DNA of 64,000 nt from Scenedesmus sp. PABB004. Taxonomy: Eukaryota. The notes beneath the pieces are model-generated. The model was not told where the DNA came from. It ran no database searches and saw nothing but the letters and a program-made list of their open reading frames with translations. The stretch covers positions 434,001 to 498,000 of the forward strand of contig JABVCE010000025.1 of assembly GCA_014905635.1 (NCBI GenBank). Direction: 5' to 3'. The number at the start of each line of letters is the position of its first letter. Within the stretch, counting starts at the first letter, position 1. A program made the position numbers and the translations under genes. Shown one piece after another: positions 1 to 12,313 of the stretch.

Positions 1-406
1 TACCGGCAGCAAACCTCGCACGCCGGCGACGCGCGGCTCGGCACTGTGCACATTAAGCGCAGCCTGACTCCGCCAGCCCAGCGCCCCGCGTCGCGCCAGC
101 AGCGGCCTGGGCCAGGCATCGTGCAGCGCGCGCCCACCCCCCGCGCGGCGTTCGCCGGCCTGGCAGCTGCGATTCGGAGCTTTCTAATTAGTGGCTGACG
201 CCTGGCCACACCCGCGGGGGCCGCGGCGGCGCGCAGCGCTGCCGAGGGGAGCAGCAGCGTGCCAGCCCACTGCCAGTCGGCGTGGGCGGCACGCAAGCTG
301 CCGGGCGGGCGGCCGGGGAGCTCTTATATGCTACTGCCGCGCTGAGTCGCGCGCGCGCGGAGCCTGAGCGCCTGCGCGCGCGCGCGCGCGTGGCGTGGCG
401 GGCAGC

Positions 407-3048
407 ATGGCGTTCGCCAAGGCTGCGCACGTCAGCGGCTTCCAGAGCTTGCGAGTGAGTCGAGAGACGACTGACGCGCGCCCTGGCATGCCCTGGAGCC
501 GGCCGTTGCAGCCCGCCCGCGCTCACCCGGGCGCCGCCGCCGCGCAGGAAACGATGGAGCGCTGCGCGCTCATCGTGTCCGAGGCCTACGCCAAGCCGCC
601 GGAGGAGCTCGAGATCTACGAGGGCGAGCTGCCACCGGGGCACCGCGCGAGCGACCGGCGCCAGCGGTGCGTGGCTGCCTGGCGCCGCGGCTGCCTGGCA
701 CCGCCGCCCGCAGCTGGTCGCCCCGCCCCTCCGCCGCCGCCGCCGCGGCTGCCGCTGCTCTCCCGCTCACACCGCCGCGCCCGCGCGCGCCCCCGCGCGC
801 CCGGCGGCGGCGGCGCGCCCACAGGTACTGGGTGACCGAGGCCGGCGGCGACATGGTCGTCGCGCTGCCCGGCACGACGCACCCGCTCGACTGGTCGTCC
901 AACATGCGCGTGCACTACGTGCCCATCGACCGCGCCGACGTGCCGCCGGAGCGGCTTGAGGAGGTGCCCTGCGCGCACGCTGGCTTCTACTTCCGCGCCG
1001 AGACGGTGCCCACGCTGGGCCTGCTCGCGCGCGCGGCGGCGCGCGGCTGCCGCCTCGTGCTCACGGGGCACAGCCTCGGCGGCGCGGTCGCCAACCTGTG
1101 CGCGCTCACGGCGCTGGAGGCGCAGAAGAAGGCGCTCGCCGCGGCCGAGGACGCGGCGGGCGCCGCGCTGCCGCCCGCCGCGGCGCGCGGCGCGGCGGCC
1201 GCGCGCGCGCGCGCCGCGGGGCGCTGCGCCTGCGCCGGCTACACCAGCGACGCAGCCAACCACAGCTGCTGCAGCAGCAACAGCGACATCATCGTCGGCC
1301 CCGCGGCCGCGCTCGTGGAGGTGCTGTGCGTGTCGTTCGCGTCGCCGATCTTTGCCAACGCCGCGCTCGCCGCGCACATCGACGACAACGGCTGGGTCGA
1401 AAACTTTGTCAACGTCGTGGTCCCGGGTGCGCCCCGCCCCGCCCCGCCTGCACGGCGCCGCAATGCCGGGGGGAACGGGCGGCGGGGTGCTCTGCGGCGC
1501 GCTCGCCGCGGCCCGCGGCCCGCTCACGCCGCGCGCCGCCGGGCGCGCCGCGCCGCCGTGCTCACAGAGGACTACTGCCTGAAGCTCTTCAACAACGTCC
1601 TCACCTCCGCAGAGCCGGCGGCCTCGTCGCGCAGCTCCAGCAGCGGCAGCCTGCGGGGCAGCAAGCTGGCGAGCGACTTTGCGGAGGGGCTGCCCGACGA
1701 ACCCGACGAACCGCCGCCGCCGCCGCCCGCGGCGGCGCCCGCGGCGTTCGGGCCTGCGGAGCGCGCCGCGGCGGCGCCGCCCTGCCCGGCGGCGCGCGCG
1801 AGCAGCAGCAGCTGCAGCGGCAGCGGCGACTGCGGCGACGGCGACCCGCCCGCGCCGCGCCACAGCTACAACGGCCAGGCGCCCGGCCAGCCCCTGGTCA
1901 GCGCGTTGGCGGGCAAGGGCGGCGCCCGTCGCGCGCGAGGCAAGCGCCAGCTCAGCTTCGCACAACCCGTGCGCGGCGCCCATGCCGACGGCGGCGGCGA
2001 CGACACCGCCGCGAGCGGCCCCGCCCGCGGCGACGCGGGCGCCGCGGACGCGCGCGCGCCGCGCGCGCTGGCGTGCGCCAAGGCGGCGGCCGCGGGCGCG
2101 GCGCCGGCGCCGGCGCCGGTCGCGGGCGTGCGCTGGGCGCACGAGCCCGGCTGCATGCCGAGCTCGCCCTCCAACTCCAGCCTGCTGTCCGAGGACTCCC
2201 TCAGCTCCACGCGCTCCTGGACGCTGCTGGCCTACCTGCCCGACGTGCTGACCAGCTCGTTCAGCGGCCGCCTCTCCTGGGGCAGCGGCGTCAGCGGCGG
2301 CGGCAGCGCCGGCGGCCGCGACAGCGCCGACGGCGGCGGGCTGTCGGGCCCCGCGGCGCAGGAGGCCGCGGCCGAGGCGTTCAGCGGCTGGGGCATGCGC
2401 CACGCGCGCAGCAGCGTGGACCTCGCGCACGGGCTCGGCCTGTGCGACGGCGGCAGCAGCAGCAGCGGCAGCAGCAACAGCCTGTGCGGCCTCGACGACG
2501 ACCTCGCCGCGCCCTTCGTGTCGACCGGCGGCGCCGACGCGGCGCCGCCGGCGCCCGCCCCGGCGCCGCACCGGCACGCGCACGGCCACGGCCACGCCGC
2601 GCCCGGCGGCGGCGGCGGCGGCCTGCGGCGCAGCCTCTCGTCGGCGAGCCTGCGCGCGACGACGCTGCTGCGGCCGCTCGCGTCGGTCGTCCGCGCCGAC
2701 AGCCTCAGCCTCGTCGCGGGGCTGCTGCCGAGCGTGCGCGGCGTCGTGAGCGCGGGGCGCAGCATCGCGAGCGCCGCGGGCGCGCTCGGCGGCGCCGCGT
2801 TCAACGTCCCGCTCAGCGTGCTCGAGGCGGGGCTCATCCGGGCGCTGCGCCCGCCGATGTACGTGCCCGCGGGGCAGCAGTGGGTGCTGAGCGCGCACGG
2901 GCTGGTCCCGCAGGCGCAGCCGATGGAGGCGTACCCGCGCCACGTGCACGACGTGTTCTGGCACAAGGACCTCATGCTCGTTGCCTTTCGGGAGCACTCC
3001 ATCGTGTTCTACAAGCAGCGCCTGCTCACGCAGGCCGCGCGGCGCTGA
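407..3048 (+). CDS. Class 3 (fungal-type) lipase domain protein, 4 exons
   Basis: Exons ~407-454, 548-666, 825-1426, 1568-3048 join in frame via GT-AG. Motifs: VVALPGT..LDW, HAGF, LVLTGHSLGGAVA (nucleophile elbow), CVSFASP, VNVVVPED, and C-terminal YVPAGQQW...EHSIVFY. TATA-like TTATAT at ~324; TGTAA at 3666-3670. Confidence 0.85.
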
Positions 3049-3877
3049 CCCGAGCGCGCGCCGCGCCGTGCCGCGCGCGGCGGCGGCGGCGGCGGCGGAC
3101 GGGCGGGCCGGAGCGCCCGGCGTGCGGCGCGGGAGCTTATCGATTCGGATCGTCAGCGCGGGACATCAGACCAGGCCTGCACCCCCTGCAACGGAAGGGG
3201 GAGGGGCAGGGGAGGGCGCGCCCGGGGCCACGCAGGGCGCGGCTGAGCTGGGGAGCTGAGGCGGCGCGGCCAGGCGTTGGTGAGCAACCGGAGCACAGCA
3301 AACGGAGCGCAGCAGCTCGCGGGCAGCGGGGGTGCGGACGGCGCCTGGCGGCTGGAGCGGCTGCCCTGACCGCAGCAGGACTTGGCTGTGCAGGTGTGAT
3401 GCCGACGGCATGTGCAGGCGCATGTGCAGGGCCTGAGCTTGTGTACACGTGGCGCGCGGCTCGCAGAAGGGGGGGGGGCGGCAGTGGGCAGCGGGGGTCG
3501 CTGCGCCGCCAGCATCGGACGTAGCGGCAGGTGAGCCAGTGCCATAGGAAGCAGCCTCCCCGCGCGCGCGCCCTGACTGCCCTGCATTAGGGCTGGGCGC
3601 CGTGCCCATTTGATCAAGCGCGGCAACCCTTGACCTTGCGTGTGTGATGCGGGCGGGACGCAGGCTGTAACCTCACCAACCGCGCCTCTCTCCCCACTCG
3701 CTCACCCCGCTCGCTTGCCCCGCTCCCCGTGCCCCTGCCCGCTCGCGCTCAAGTCAGTGCGACACGGCGCGCGGTCTCAGCACGCCGCGCTGGCCGCTCG
3801 GCGGCGCTGCGGGCGCGCTCAGTCGAACGCCCCGGGCGCGCGCGCCGGCAGCGCGCGTGAGGGCTCTGCGCTGCCGC

Positions 3878-5774
3878 TCACGTGCACTGGTAGCCGAGGC
3901 AGACTGAGAAGGGGTTGAAGCGCTTCACGCTGGCGCCGCCGCCCAGCGCCGCAGCGGCGTCCCAGGCATCTGCGCGGCTGCAGCTTGCGCTCACCGAACA
4001 CGCGACCGGCCCGCCCGCGCGCGCCGGCAGGTTGGCCTGCGCCGCGCGGTCCATGAAGGTGCGCGAGCACTCGCTGCACGCGACGTTGGCCAGCCGGGGG
4101 TCGGCCGCCGGGGAGCGACCCGTGGCGGCGACAAAGCCGCGCCGCCAGGCGTCCAGGTACGACCCCAGCCTGCGGCGGGCGCGGCGCAGCGCCAGGCGCA
4201 GGCGGACTCAGCCGCGCCGTGCCGCGCAGCTCGGGGCCGCCACGGCCGCCGCGGCTGCCGCCACACCCACCAGTGCGTGGTGACGCTGAGGTCTGGCAGG
4301 TCTGCCAGGATGCCGCAGCTGAGCGTCTCGGAGCCGCGCGGCGCGAGCGCCCAGTCGACCAGCCCCGAGCGCGGGTTGGGGCACAGCACCAGGCTGCGCC
4401 CCACGTGCCGAAAGCCAAACGTCGTGCCGTCCGCGTGCGTCAGCGGGCACGCCTGCGCCTGCGCCGGCAGCCTCGCCGCAAAGTCTGCGGGTGCGGCACG
4501 CGGGCGCGGGTGCGGCGGCGCGGTCGGGCACGCGCCGCGCGCAGCCCGCGCTGCGGCTGGCCCGCCAGCGGGCCAGCCCAGCGCTCCAGCACTGACCTGC
4601 ATAGTTGCTCATGCGCAGGGTCCGGCTGAGCAGGTGGGCGTCGTACTCACGCTGCCACCCGGCGTCGCCGACGCGGGGGCAGCCGAAGAGCCACACGCCG
4701 GCGACCTCCCCGGCGCCGCCGCGCTGCGCAAAGACGTGGCGCAGCCGCAGCGCGCCGATCGCGGCAAGGGCGCCGCCGAGGCTGTGACCAATGAGGTACA
4801 CGCGCTGTGCGGCGTCCACCTGCGTGGTGATGGTGTGTGTGTGGGGGGGGGGGCACCCCCGGTGCACCGAGCGTCAGGGGCGTCCGGGGTGTCAGTCGGC
4901 CGCGTGGCGCAGCGCGGCCGCGTGCCGCAGCGCGCCGCACCTGCGCGAGCTCCGCCGTCACCGCCGCCAGCACGTCCGCCTCGAGCGCTGCCCACGCGGC
5001 GGCAAAGCCGCCGTGCAGCCGCACCGCGGGCCCCGGCGCGTCGCTGAACAGGCGCCGCAGGTTTGGGGTGTGCGCGCAGTCGGCATCAACGAGCACGTCC
5101 CCCGGGTCTGCAAAGTCGGTGCCTCGGAACGCCACAAACACGCCGCGCGCGCCCGCGCGCGCCACGACGGCGCTCATGGTCCCCCCGTGCGGCGCGACGC
5201 GCGCGTTGATCACGCGCAGGCTGCCGACGTCGACGCCCGCCGCGCCGAGGCAGGCGCCCATGTCGCGCGCCGGGTCGTCCTGCCACGCCGTGTACGCGAG
5301 CTGGATGGCCAGCGCGTTGGCGGGGTGTGCTGCCTGCTGCGACGGCGGCAGGGATGCCCAGTCGGGCGGGAAGCCCGCCGCCTCGCTCGCGAGCAGCCCC
5401 GACGCCGGGCAGGCCGGCAGGCTGACACCCATCTGCCAGAACTGCGGCGCTGCTGCCCCCTGCGCCTCCTCCACCTGCGCCTCCGCCTCCGCCCACGCCT
5501 CTGTCGCAGCGTCGGCGGGAGAGGGCATCAGGACGGAAGAGCGGCTGTACAAGCCCGCCGCGACGACCTGCGCCGCGCCCTGGCCCGCCACGGTGGCCGG
5601 GCGGAGCAGCAGCAGGCACGCCAGCAGCGCCGCTGCGGTCGGCGCGCACGGCCCAGGCGTGTGAGGCGGCTGGTGGCGCTGAACCTGCAGCTTATCGGGG
5701 TCCTGATGAGCAGTTTTAGCACTCCCCAGAGCTGCCCCCGCCTCACCTACGAGGGGGCAGCTTCCGCGCGCCAT
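3878..5774 (-). CDS. Class 3 lipase, probably secreted, ~5 exons
   Basis: Exons ~5774-5746, 5684-4941, 4819-4597, 4484-4271, 4169-3878. Hydrophobic AAALLACLLLLRPATVAG segment; motifs VFVAFRGT, LHGGFAAAW, YLIGHSLGGALA, WLFGCPRVGD, NYADFAARLP, FRHVG, THWLGSY. Start and stop are less certain than the core. Confidence 0.8.
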
Positions 5775-6137
5775 TCCGGCCTGGCGCGCCCGCGCTCGCG
5801 CACTGCCGGCCGCACGCCCGCTCCCCCGACCACGTGGTAGCGTTTTGGGGTCGCCGTAGGCTGGGACGGGCTTGCGGAGCTCTGGGGCGGAAGCTGGTCG
5901 CGGGCGAGCGCGCGCGGCTCGCGAGCTGCAGACGAGCGGCCGCGCCCCTGCTCCGGCAGTCGCGTCGCGCGAGGCTCCACGGTCATCGTTCGTTCAGGGC
6001 ACCGGCAGCCGGGCGGCCGCGGTTCCGCCGCCGCGCCGCTCGGCCTCGCCCGGCCTGCCGCACGCCCCGCCGCGCGCCCCGCCGCTCAGCTCAGCGACCG
6101 CCCCCGCCGCCTGCAGCCCCTCGCGGCGCGCGCCCGC

Positions 6138-7822
6138 TCAGGCGGCCGGCAGCGCCGGCGGCGGCGGCTGCGCCGCGAGCGGCGAGCGGTCCTGGTCGAC
6201 CTCGATCACGAGCGTGCGCCCCGCCCGCGCGCCGGTCGGCCCGCGCGCGTACAGGCCCGGCAGGTAGGCCGTATAGGCGGGGATGTAGCGCGACACAAAG
6301 TCGGCGATGCCCTCGTCGCTCATGCCCGGCTTGCCCGCCGCGCGCATGCGCTGCTCCGCCTGCAGCCGCCAGCCAAACACCCACTGCGCGACCGGCCGCG
6401 GCGGCGGCGGCGGCGGCGGGTGCGGCGCGAGGACCCGTCAGCGCCGCGCCGCGTGCCCGCCTCCTGCACGACGAGCGCGCCGCGCAGCGCGCCCCGCGCC
6501 ACGTGGCCGCGCCTGGGGGTCGGCGATGCGGATGACCAGCCAGCTGTCCACGAGCGCGTCCCACGCGTCGCCGTACGCCGCGAGCGCCGCGTCGACCTCC
6601 GCGAGCGCCGGCTCCACCGCCGCCGCGGCGTCGGCGCCGACGGGGGCAAACCCGCTCATCCAGCCCTCAAAGAACACCAGCTCCAGCGGCCCCGCCACGC
6701 GCGGCCAGGTGGCCGGGTCGGCGCGGTCGCCGCGGCCGCCGTGCGCCGACTTGTCGTACCGCGGCACGGCCACGGCGTCGCCGGCGCGCGTGAGCGCGCG
6801 CAGCGCGCGCAGCGTCTCGCTGCCGAGCGCGAGGTCGTGGCTGCCCGCGTTGCCGCGCAGGGCGAGCAGTCGGTTGTCCGGGTGCGCCGCCGCGAGCGCG
6901 GCCTGGCCGGCGTGGGTGAGGTAAAAGTCGTCGATCGACACCGACGCCGCGGGCGTGCCGAGCCACGTGAACAGCGCCTCCAGCTGCTCCACCAGCGTCG
7001 ACTTGCCGCAGCCCTGCGGCGCGCTGATGCCGAGCTGCGCGCGCAAGGGCGTGCGGCGCGGCGGGCGCGCGGGGGCGGCGGGCGCGCGGGCGGGCGGCGG
7101 GCGGGCGGCGGGCGGGCGGCGGGCGGGCGTGGGCAGGCCGCGGGCGGGCGCGGCGGGCGCGGCTCGCCGTCCCCCCTGCCCACTGCGGCGCTGGCGCCAG
7201 CGCCGGACGCCGCGCGCGGCGCGCACCACGAGCGGCGGCGCGCCCGCGCCGCCGTGCGCGGCCTTGTGCTGCTCCAGCTGCTGCTGCACCCAGAAGAACA
7301 CGGGCAGGTAGTAGCGGTACACGCGGAGGCGCTGCACCGCGTCCATCGCGTCGTGCTCAAAGCCCAGCTGCGCCGCGAGCTGCCGCCCGAGCCGCTCCCA
7401 CGTCGGCAGCGCCTGCTGCACGCCGTCCGCGCTGATGCCCGCCGCCGCCAGCAGCGGCCCGCCGAGGATGTAGTCTGCGGCCGCGCAGCGGCGGGGCGCT
7501 CGGCGCGCGGCCGCGCGCGACGCGGCGCGCCGGCACCCGGCAGCAGCAGCGGCGGCACCAGCGGCGCGGCGCCGCCGCGGCCCGCACCCAGCAGGGGCTG
7601 CTGCACCGCCACATTGGGCTCCGCCGTCGAGGAGCAGGTCAGGCTCCGGCGCTGCCCGCGCCGGACCAGTGCGCTGCCCAGCGGCGCGCCGGGCCGGGGT
7701 GGAGCAGCAGCATGCGTTGGAGGTTGCCGCGCGCGCCCAGGCCGCGCGCCCAGGCCGCGGCAGCAGGCGCGGAGGGGTCCTGGTGCCGTTGCCGTCACAG
7801 AGCACCGCGCGTGGAGGCGCAT
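6138..7822 (-). CDS. GLYK: D-glycerate 3-kinase (plant GLYK type), plastid transit peptide
   Basis: Exons 7822-7588, 7474-7227, 7034-6513, 6383-6138. YRYYLPVFFW, P-loop GISAPQGCGKST, SIDDFYLT, RGNAGSHD, VPRYDKSA..GRGDRA, FEGWM, WRLQAE...DFVSRYIPAY. Intron 3 has a GC donor. Confidence 0.93.
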
Positions 7823-8189
7823 GGCGCCGGGATTTCGGGACAGCGCGCTCGCGGGCTGGCGCGGCAGCAGCAGCGCGCGGGGGCCGCAGCAGCGTGCTTG
7901 CGTGCGCGGAGGCGTGAGCAGTGCTGCAGTCGTAGTCACTGCGCGACCTGGCAGCCCAGCGCTGAACCGCGCGTCGCGGCCGCCGGCGTGCGCGGCGCGC
8001 ACTCCTGCCTGGCCGGTCCGTGCGCGCTCCACAGTCGCGCCCAGCCCGCCACGTCCACACCAGCAGCAAGCCAGACCAAAGGACCTCCTGTGACCGCAGC
8101 GGCTGCGGAAGCGGCGGCAGAGGCGGAAGCGGCGCAGCGGCAGCGGCCGGGCGGCACCAGCAGCGGACAGCGGCGGCAGCGGCGGCGGG

Positions 8190-9311
8190 ATGGCCCCGCC
8201 TGCGGTGCCGGCGGCGGCAGCGGGCGGCGTGCACCTGCTGGGGGCGGGAGCTATCGGTCTGCTGGTCGGCGCCGCGTTCGCGGAGGCCGGCGTGCCCTGC
8301 ACGCTGCTGCTGCGCAGCGCGGAGCGCCTCGCCGCCCTGCGCGCCGGCGGCGGCGCGGTGACGGTCGAGCGCCCCGGCGGCGCCGGCGCGACGACCGTCA
8401 CGCTCGAGGGCGAGCTGGCGGGTGGCGCCGGCGCGCCGCACATCGGCCGGCTCGTGGTCGCGACCAAGGCCAACCAGGCGGTCGACGCGCTCGCGGCGGT
8501 GCGGCACCGCCTCTCGCGCGGCAGCGTGGTGCTGCTGCTGCAGAACGGCGTGCTCGGCGTGTTCAGTGCCGCGGCGGCGCTGTGGCCGCGCCCGCACGAC
8601 CGCCCCGCGTTCCTGCTGGGCAGCACCACGCACGGCGCCTTCAGAAAACCGGGCGCGCCCTTCACGGTGGTGCACGCGAGCGCGGGCGTGGGCGCGTGCG
8701 TCTACGGCCCGCCGTCAACGGCCGCGCTGCAGGCCGCGGCGGCGGCGGCGGCGGCGGCGGCGGCCGGGCAGCACGCGCAGCGGCGGTCGGATGCGCAGCA
8801 GGAGCCGCCGGCGGACCAGCAGGATCAGGCGGTGGGGGAGATGCTGGCGCTGCTCGGCCGCGGCCTGCGGTCGCTGCACCCGCAGGCGCTCGACGCGGGG
8901 CCGCTGGAGCGCGAGCTGCTGCACAAGCTGATCGTCAACTGCTGCGCGAATCCGCTGACGGCGCTGCTGCACTGCCGCAACCGCGGCCTGGTCGGCAACG
9001 CACACGTCGCGGCGCTCTGGCGCGCCGTCGTCGGCGAGGCCAAGGCCGTGCTCGGCGAGCGGCTGCCGGGGAGCGAGGAGGAGCTGTTTGCGAAGGTCGA
9101 CCACGTGATGACGATCACGGGCAGCAACGTGAACAGCATGCTGCAGGACACCCTCGCGCGCGGCGGCACAGAGGTCAACGAGCTCAACGGCTGGCTCGCG
9201 GCCGAGGGCGCCGCGCGCGGCGTGCCCACGCCGGTCAACGACCTGCTCGTCACGCTCGTGCGCGCGCGCGAGGCGGTGCCGCACGGGCTGCTGACGACCG
9301 AGAGCATCTGA
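8190..9311 (+). CDS. panE: Ketopantoate (2-dehydropantoate) reductase, PanE/ApbA family, intronless
   Basis: Single ORF with GAGAIG Rossmann motif, VVATKA, LLLQNG, TTHGA, KLIVNCCANPLTAL, NVNSMLQD..RG..TEVNELNG, TPVN. These are hallmark ApbA/ApbA_C motifs. Confidence 0.9.
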   Translation: MAPPAVPAAAAGGVHLLGAGAIGLLVGAAFAEAGVPCTLLLRSAERLAALRAGGGAVTVERPGGAGATTVTLEGELAGGAGAPHIGRLVVATKANQAVDALAAVRHRLSRGSVVLLLQNGVLGVFSAAAALWPRPHDRPAFLLGSTTHGAFRKPGAPFTVVHASAGVGACVYGPPSTAALQAAAAAAAAAAAGQHAQRRSDAQQEPPADQQDQAVGEMLALLGRGLRSLHPQALDAGPLERELLHKLIVNCCANPLTALLHCRNRGLVGNAHVAALWRAVVGEAKAVLGERLPGSEEELFAKVDHVMTITGSNVNSMLQDTLARGGTEVNELNGWLAAEGAARGVPTPVNDLLVTLVRAREAVPHGLLTTESI

Positions 9312-9511
9312 GCGCGGCCGCGGGCCCGCGCGGGCGGCTGCGGCGTGGTGCAGGGCTCAGGCGCCGCCGCCGCGGCGCCGTGTGCTGCTGCGCGCCGCGC
9401 TGGGCTCGCACCACAGACTGTGACAGCGCCGCCGCGAGCCCCCCAGGCGCCCAGCCGCCGCCCGGCCGCCGCCCGCCGCTGCCACCACCGCCGTGCAGCC
9501 AGCGGCCAGCG

Positions 9512-10669
9512 ATGCTCGCGCAGCGCGTGCCCGCGGCTGGCGGTTCAGCCGTCTCCGCAACCGCTCACAGCCGCGGATGGCGGCGGCAGGCGTGCGCGGC
9601 GCGCGCCGCCGCCGCCTTCAACTTCAGCGAAGGCCCCCGCGTGAAGGCGACGCCTCCGGGCAGCAGGCGCAACCGCTCGGTCGAGAAGAGAGCTGGTGCG
9701 AGCTGGGGACGCAGTGCCAGCGGCAGCAGCGCGGTGGCGGCGGCGCGGCAGCGGCGGCTGCCGCTGCGCCGGCGCCGCCGCCGCTGCCACCGCCGCCCGC
9801 TCGCGAGCGGCGGCGCTGCGCGTGCGGCGCTCGTGCCGGGCCGGTGCTGAGCCCGTGTCCCCGGCGCAGAGAGCGAGCTGCGCACCATCGTGCGCGGCCT
9901 GTGCGGCTTCAACGCCAAGCAGCTCGCCGCCGTGTCGCACCTGCTGCCGGAGGAGCACCTCAAGCAGATCCGCATCGCCATGGACATCCCGCCCACCAAC
10001 CAGGGCCGCCGGCGGCAGGAGGGCCTGGTGGTCAAGCTCATGCGCGCCGACGCGGAGACCCTCGACCTGGCCAAGCTCGGCGAGGCCGTCGCCGTGGCGG
10101 AGCGCAACAACCTGCCCTTCACCGACGCCGCGGTCGAGCAGCAGCTCTCGTGGTGGATTGAGGGCCTCCTGGAGGACCGCCAGGTGCGGCGGTCATGGGC
10201 CCGCGGGGCTCCAGCCGCACGCGCGGCCGAGCCCGCCGCGCCGCCGCCCGCCCGCCCCCGGCGCCCCGCCGCCGCGCAGGAGGTGGTGGACGAGCTACAC
10301 CAGCTGCTGCAGGAGAGCGCGCAGGACTGGCAGCAGCTGCGCACGTGGGTGCGGCAGGTGCAGCAGCACCGGCAGCAGCAGGAGCAGCAGCAGCAGGCGC
10401 AGCAGGCGGCGGCAGCTGATGGCAGCAGCGGCTCCAGCGCCGCCGACGACGCTGTGGAGCTGCTGGGCCCTGACGTGGTCGCGGCGGCGGTGGACCCGGA
10501 GGTCGTGGCGCTGATGCAGGAGCTGGCGCAGCAGCGCCAGCAGCGGCCCGCATCGCGGGGCGGCAAGCGGCCCAAGAGCGAGAGCGCGGCCGCGGCGTCG
10601 GCGGCTCGGCGTTCGATCCGCAAGCTGCTGAAGCCCATGGCGGTTGCGCGCAGCGCCGGGGCGCCGTGA
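9512..10669 (+). CDS. DarP/YjgA (DUF615)-like ribosome-associated protein, probable organelle targeting
   Basis: Exons 9512-9695, 9870-10183, 10280-10669. Transit-like Ala/Arg/Ser-rich N-terminus, then RNRSVEKRAESEL and GRRRQEGLVVKLMR (cf. bacterial ARRRQLQYIGKLMR), DWQQLRTWVRQ, and ARRSIRKLLK. Confidence 0.72.
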
Positions 10670-10922
10670 CGCGGCGGCGTAACAGCGTGGCCACCGCCAG
10701 GCGACACGATAGCGCGCCGCCGCGGCACCCCTGCTGCGCCTCGCAGCGCGGCACACCGCAGGGCCACCCTCGGCCGACCCCGGAGCACGACCGCGCGCCG
10801 TCGGCGGCGGCGGTGGCCCAGCACGCGCTCTCACTCTCTCTCAGCACAGCGCAGCGCACGCGTCGCGTTGCCGGCTCAAACACAGAAAAACGCGGCCGCA
10901 ACGCGCCGCGGCGGCAACGCGG

Positions 10923-12313
10923 TCACGCCGCCGCGTCGACCGTCTGCGCCAGCTGCAGCTCCAGCTGCAGCCGCTCAAACAGCAGCAGCGCGTGCGCGAG
11001 CTCGCCGTCCTCGGGCTGCTGTCCGGCCGCCCGCTGCGCCTCGATCCAGGCGCCCAGCTCAATCCACGACTCCTCGTAGCAACCGGAGAAGTAGTGCAGC
11101 AGGCCGAGCTGCAGCTGCGCCTCCAGGGCGACAGCGCCGCGCGGCAGCAGCGCGACGCGCTTGGCCGCCGCTGCGACTGCGCGCTCGATGCTGCCGCCCT
11201 GCAGCTGCCGGACCCGCTGCCCCACAGCCGTTGCCGCCGTCAGCGGCACGGCGAGCAGCGGCGTCGCGCTGCAGCCAACGGCCGCGCACCAGTGCGCTCG
11301 CTGGAGCTCCGCCAGCAGCGCGGCGAGCAGCTCGCGCCGGGTGCTGCCGGCCAAAAGCTCCGACTCGCTCACTGCAAAGAGCTCGGCCGCCTGCGCGCGG
11401 CGGGCGCGGCTCACCGGGCGCGGCGCGGCGGCGGCGCCGCCGCCGAGAGCGCTCAGAGCGGCGCCGACCGTAGCCAGCGCGTGCGCGGCGCGGCGCGCAC
11501 CTCTTTGACCGTGATGAGCGCGCCGCCGCCGTAGGGGTCGACGAGGCAGGCCTCCCCGCCTGCGCTCAGAAGCGAGCCGCCGCCTGAGGTCTCGTCCCGC
11601 GGCCAGACCAGCGTGTAGCGGCCGCCGTCCAGCACCTTGAAGCCCATCGCCAGGCCCACCCGCGCGCACACCTGCGGGCGGCGGCGGCGCCCGTGGACCG
11701 AGGCGGGGCAGTGCTGCTCGCGCGCGCGCAGCACGCGCGGCGCGCGCCACACCTCCAAATGCAGGATCGGCAGCGCCGCGCAGCTTCCCCGCCCGCCCTC
11801 CAGCACCGACGAGAGCTGGCTGTCGAGCGGCGCGCCGTGCCGCGCACACGCGGCGTAGCCGTGGCGGGCGAGCACCGCATCGAGCGCGCTCAGGACGGCC
11901 GCGGGGAACCGAGCGCCGCGCACGGCGCGCGGGGCCGCGCCGCCGCCGCCGCCGCGCGGCGGCGGCGGCGCGAGCGCCTGCGGGTCGCGCGTGGCGAGTA
12001 GGTCCGCCACCTCAGCGGCCAGCGCATCCAGGCGTTCAAGGCTCCAGGTCGATGCAGTCGCCGACGTGCGGTCGCCGTCTGGCCGCGCCGCCGCCGCCTC
12101 CTCAAGGTCCAGCAGCAGCGCGGCGCGCGCCAGGCTCACGGCGGCGTCGGGCTTGGCGGTCTCGGCGCGGAACTCGCCCGCCGCCCACGCCGCGACCTCG
12201 CCCGCGGTGCGGGGCAGCGGCGCCGCGCGGCAGCGCCAGCGCGCCGCGCCGCGGGCCGGCGTTGCTGCCCCCAAGCAGGGTGCTCTGCTGCTGCTGCACC
12301 AAGAGCCAAGCAT
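10923..12313 (-). CDS. SirB1/transglutaminase-like (Transglut_core2) protein with C-terminal TPR-like helix
   Basis: Exons ~12313-11752, 11670-11501, 11389-10923. SLARAALLL, SQLSSVLEGGRGSCAALPILHLEVCARVGL, LVDPYGGG, LQLGLLHYFSGCYEES. Transit-peptide-like N-terminus. Confidence 0.7.
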
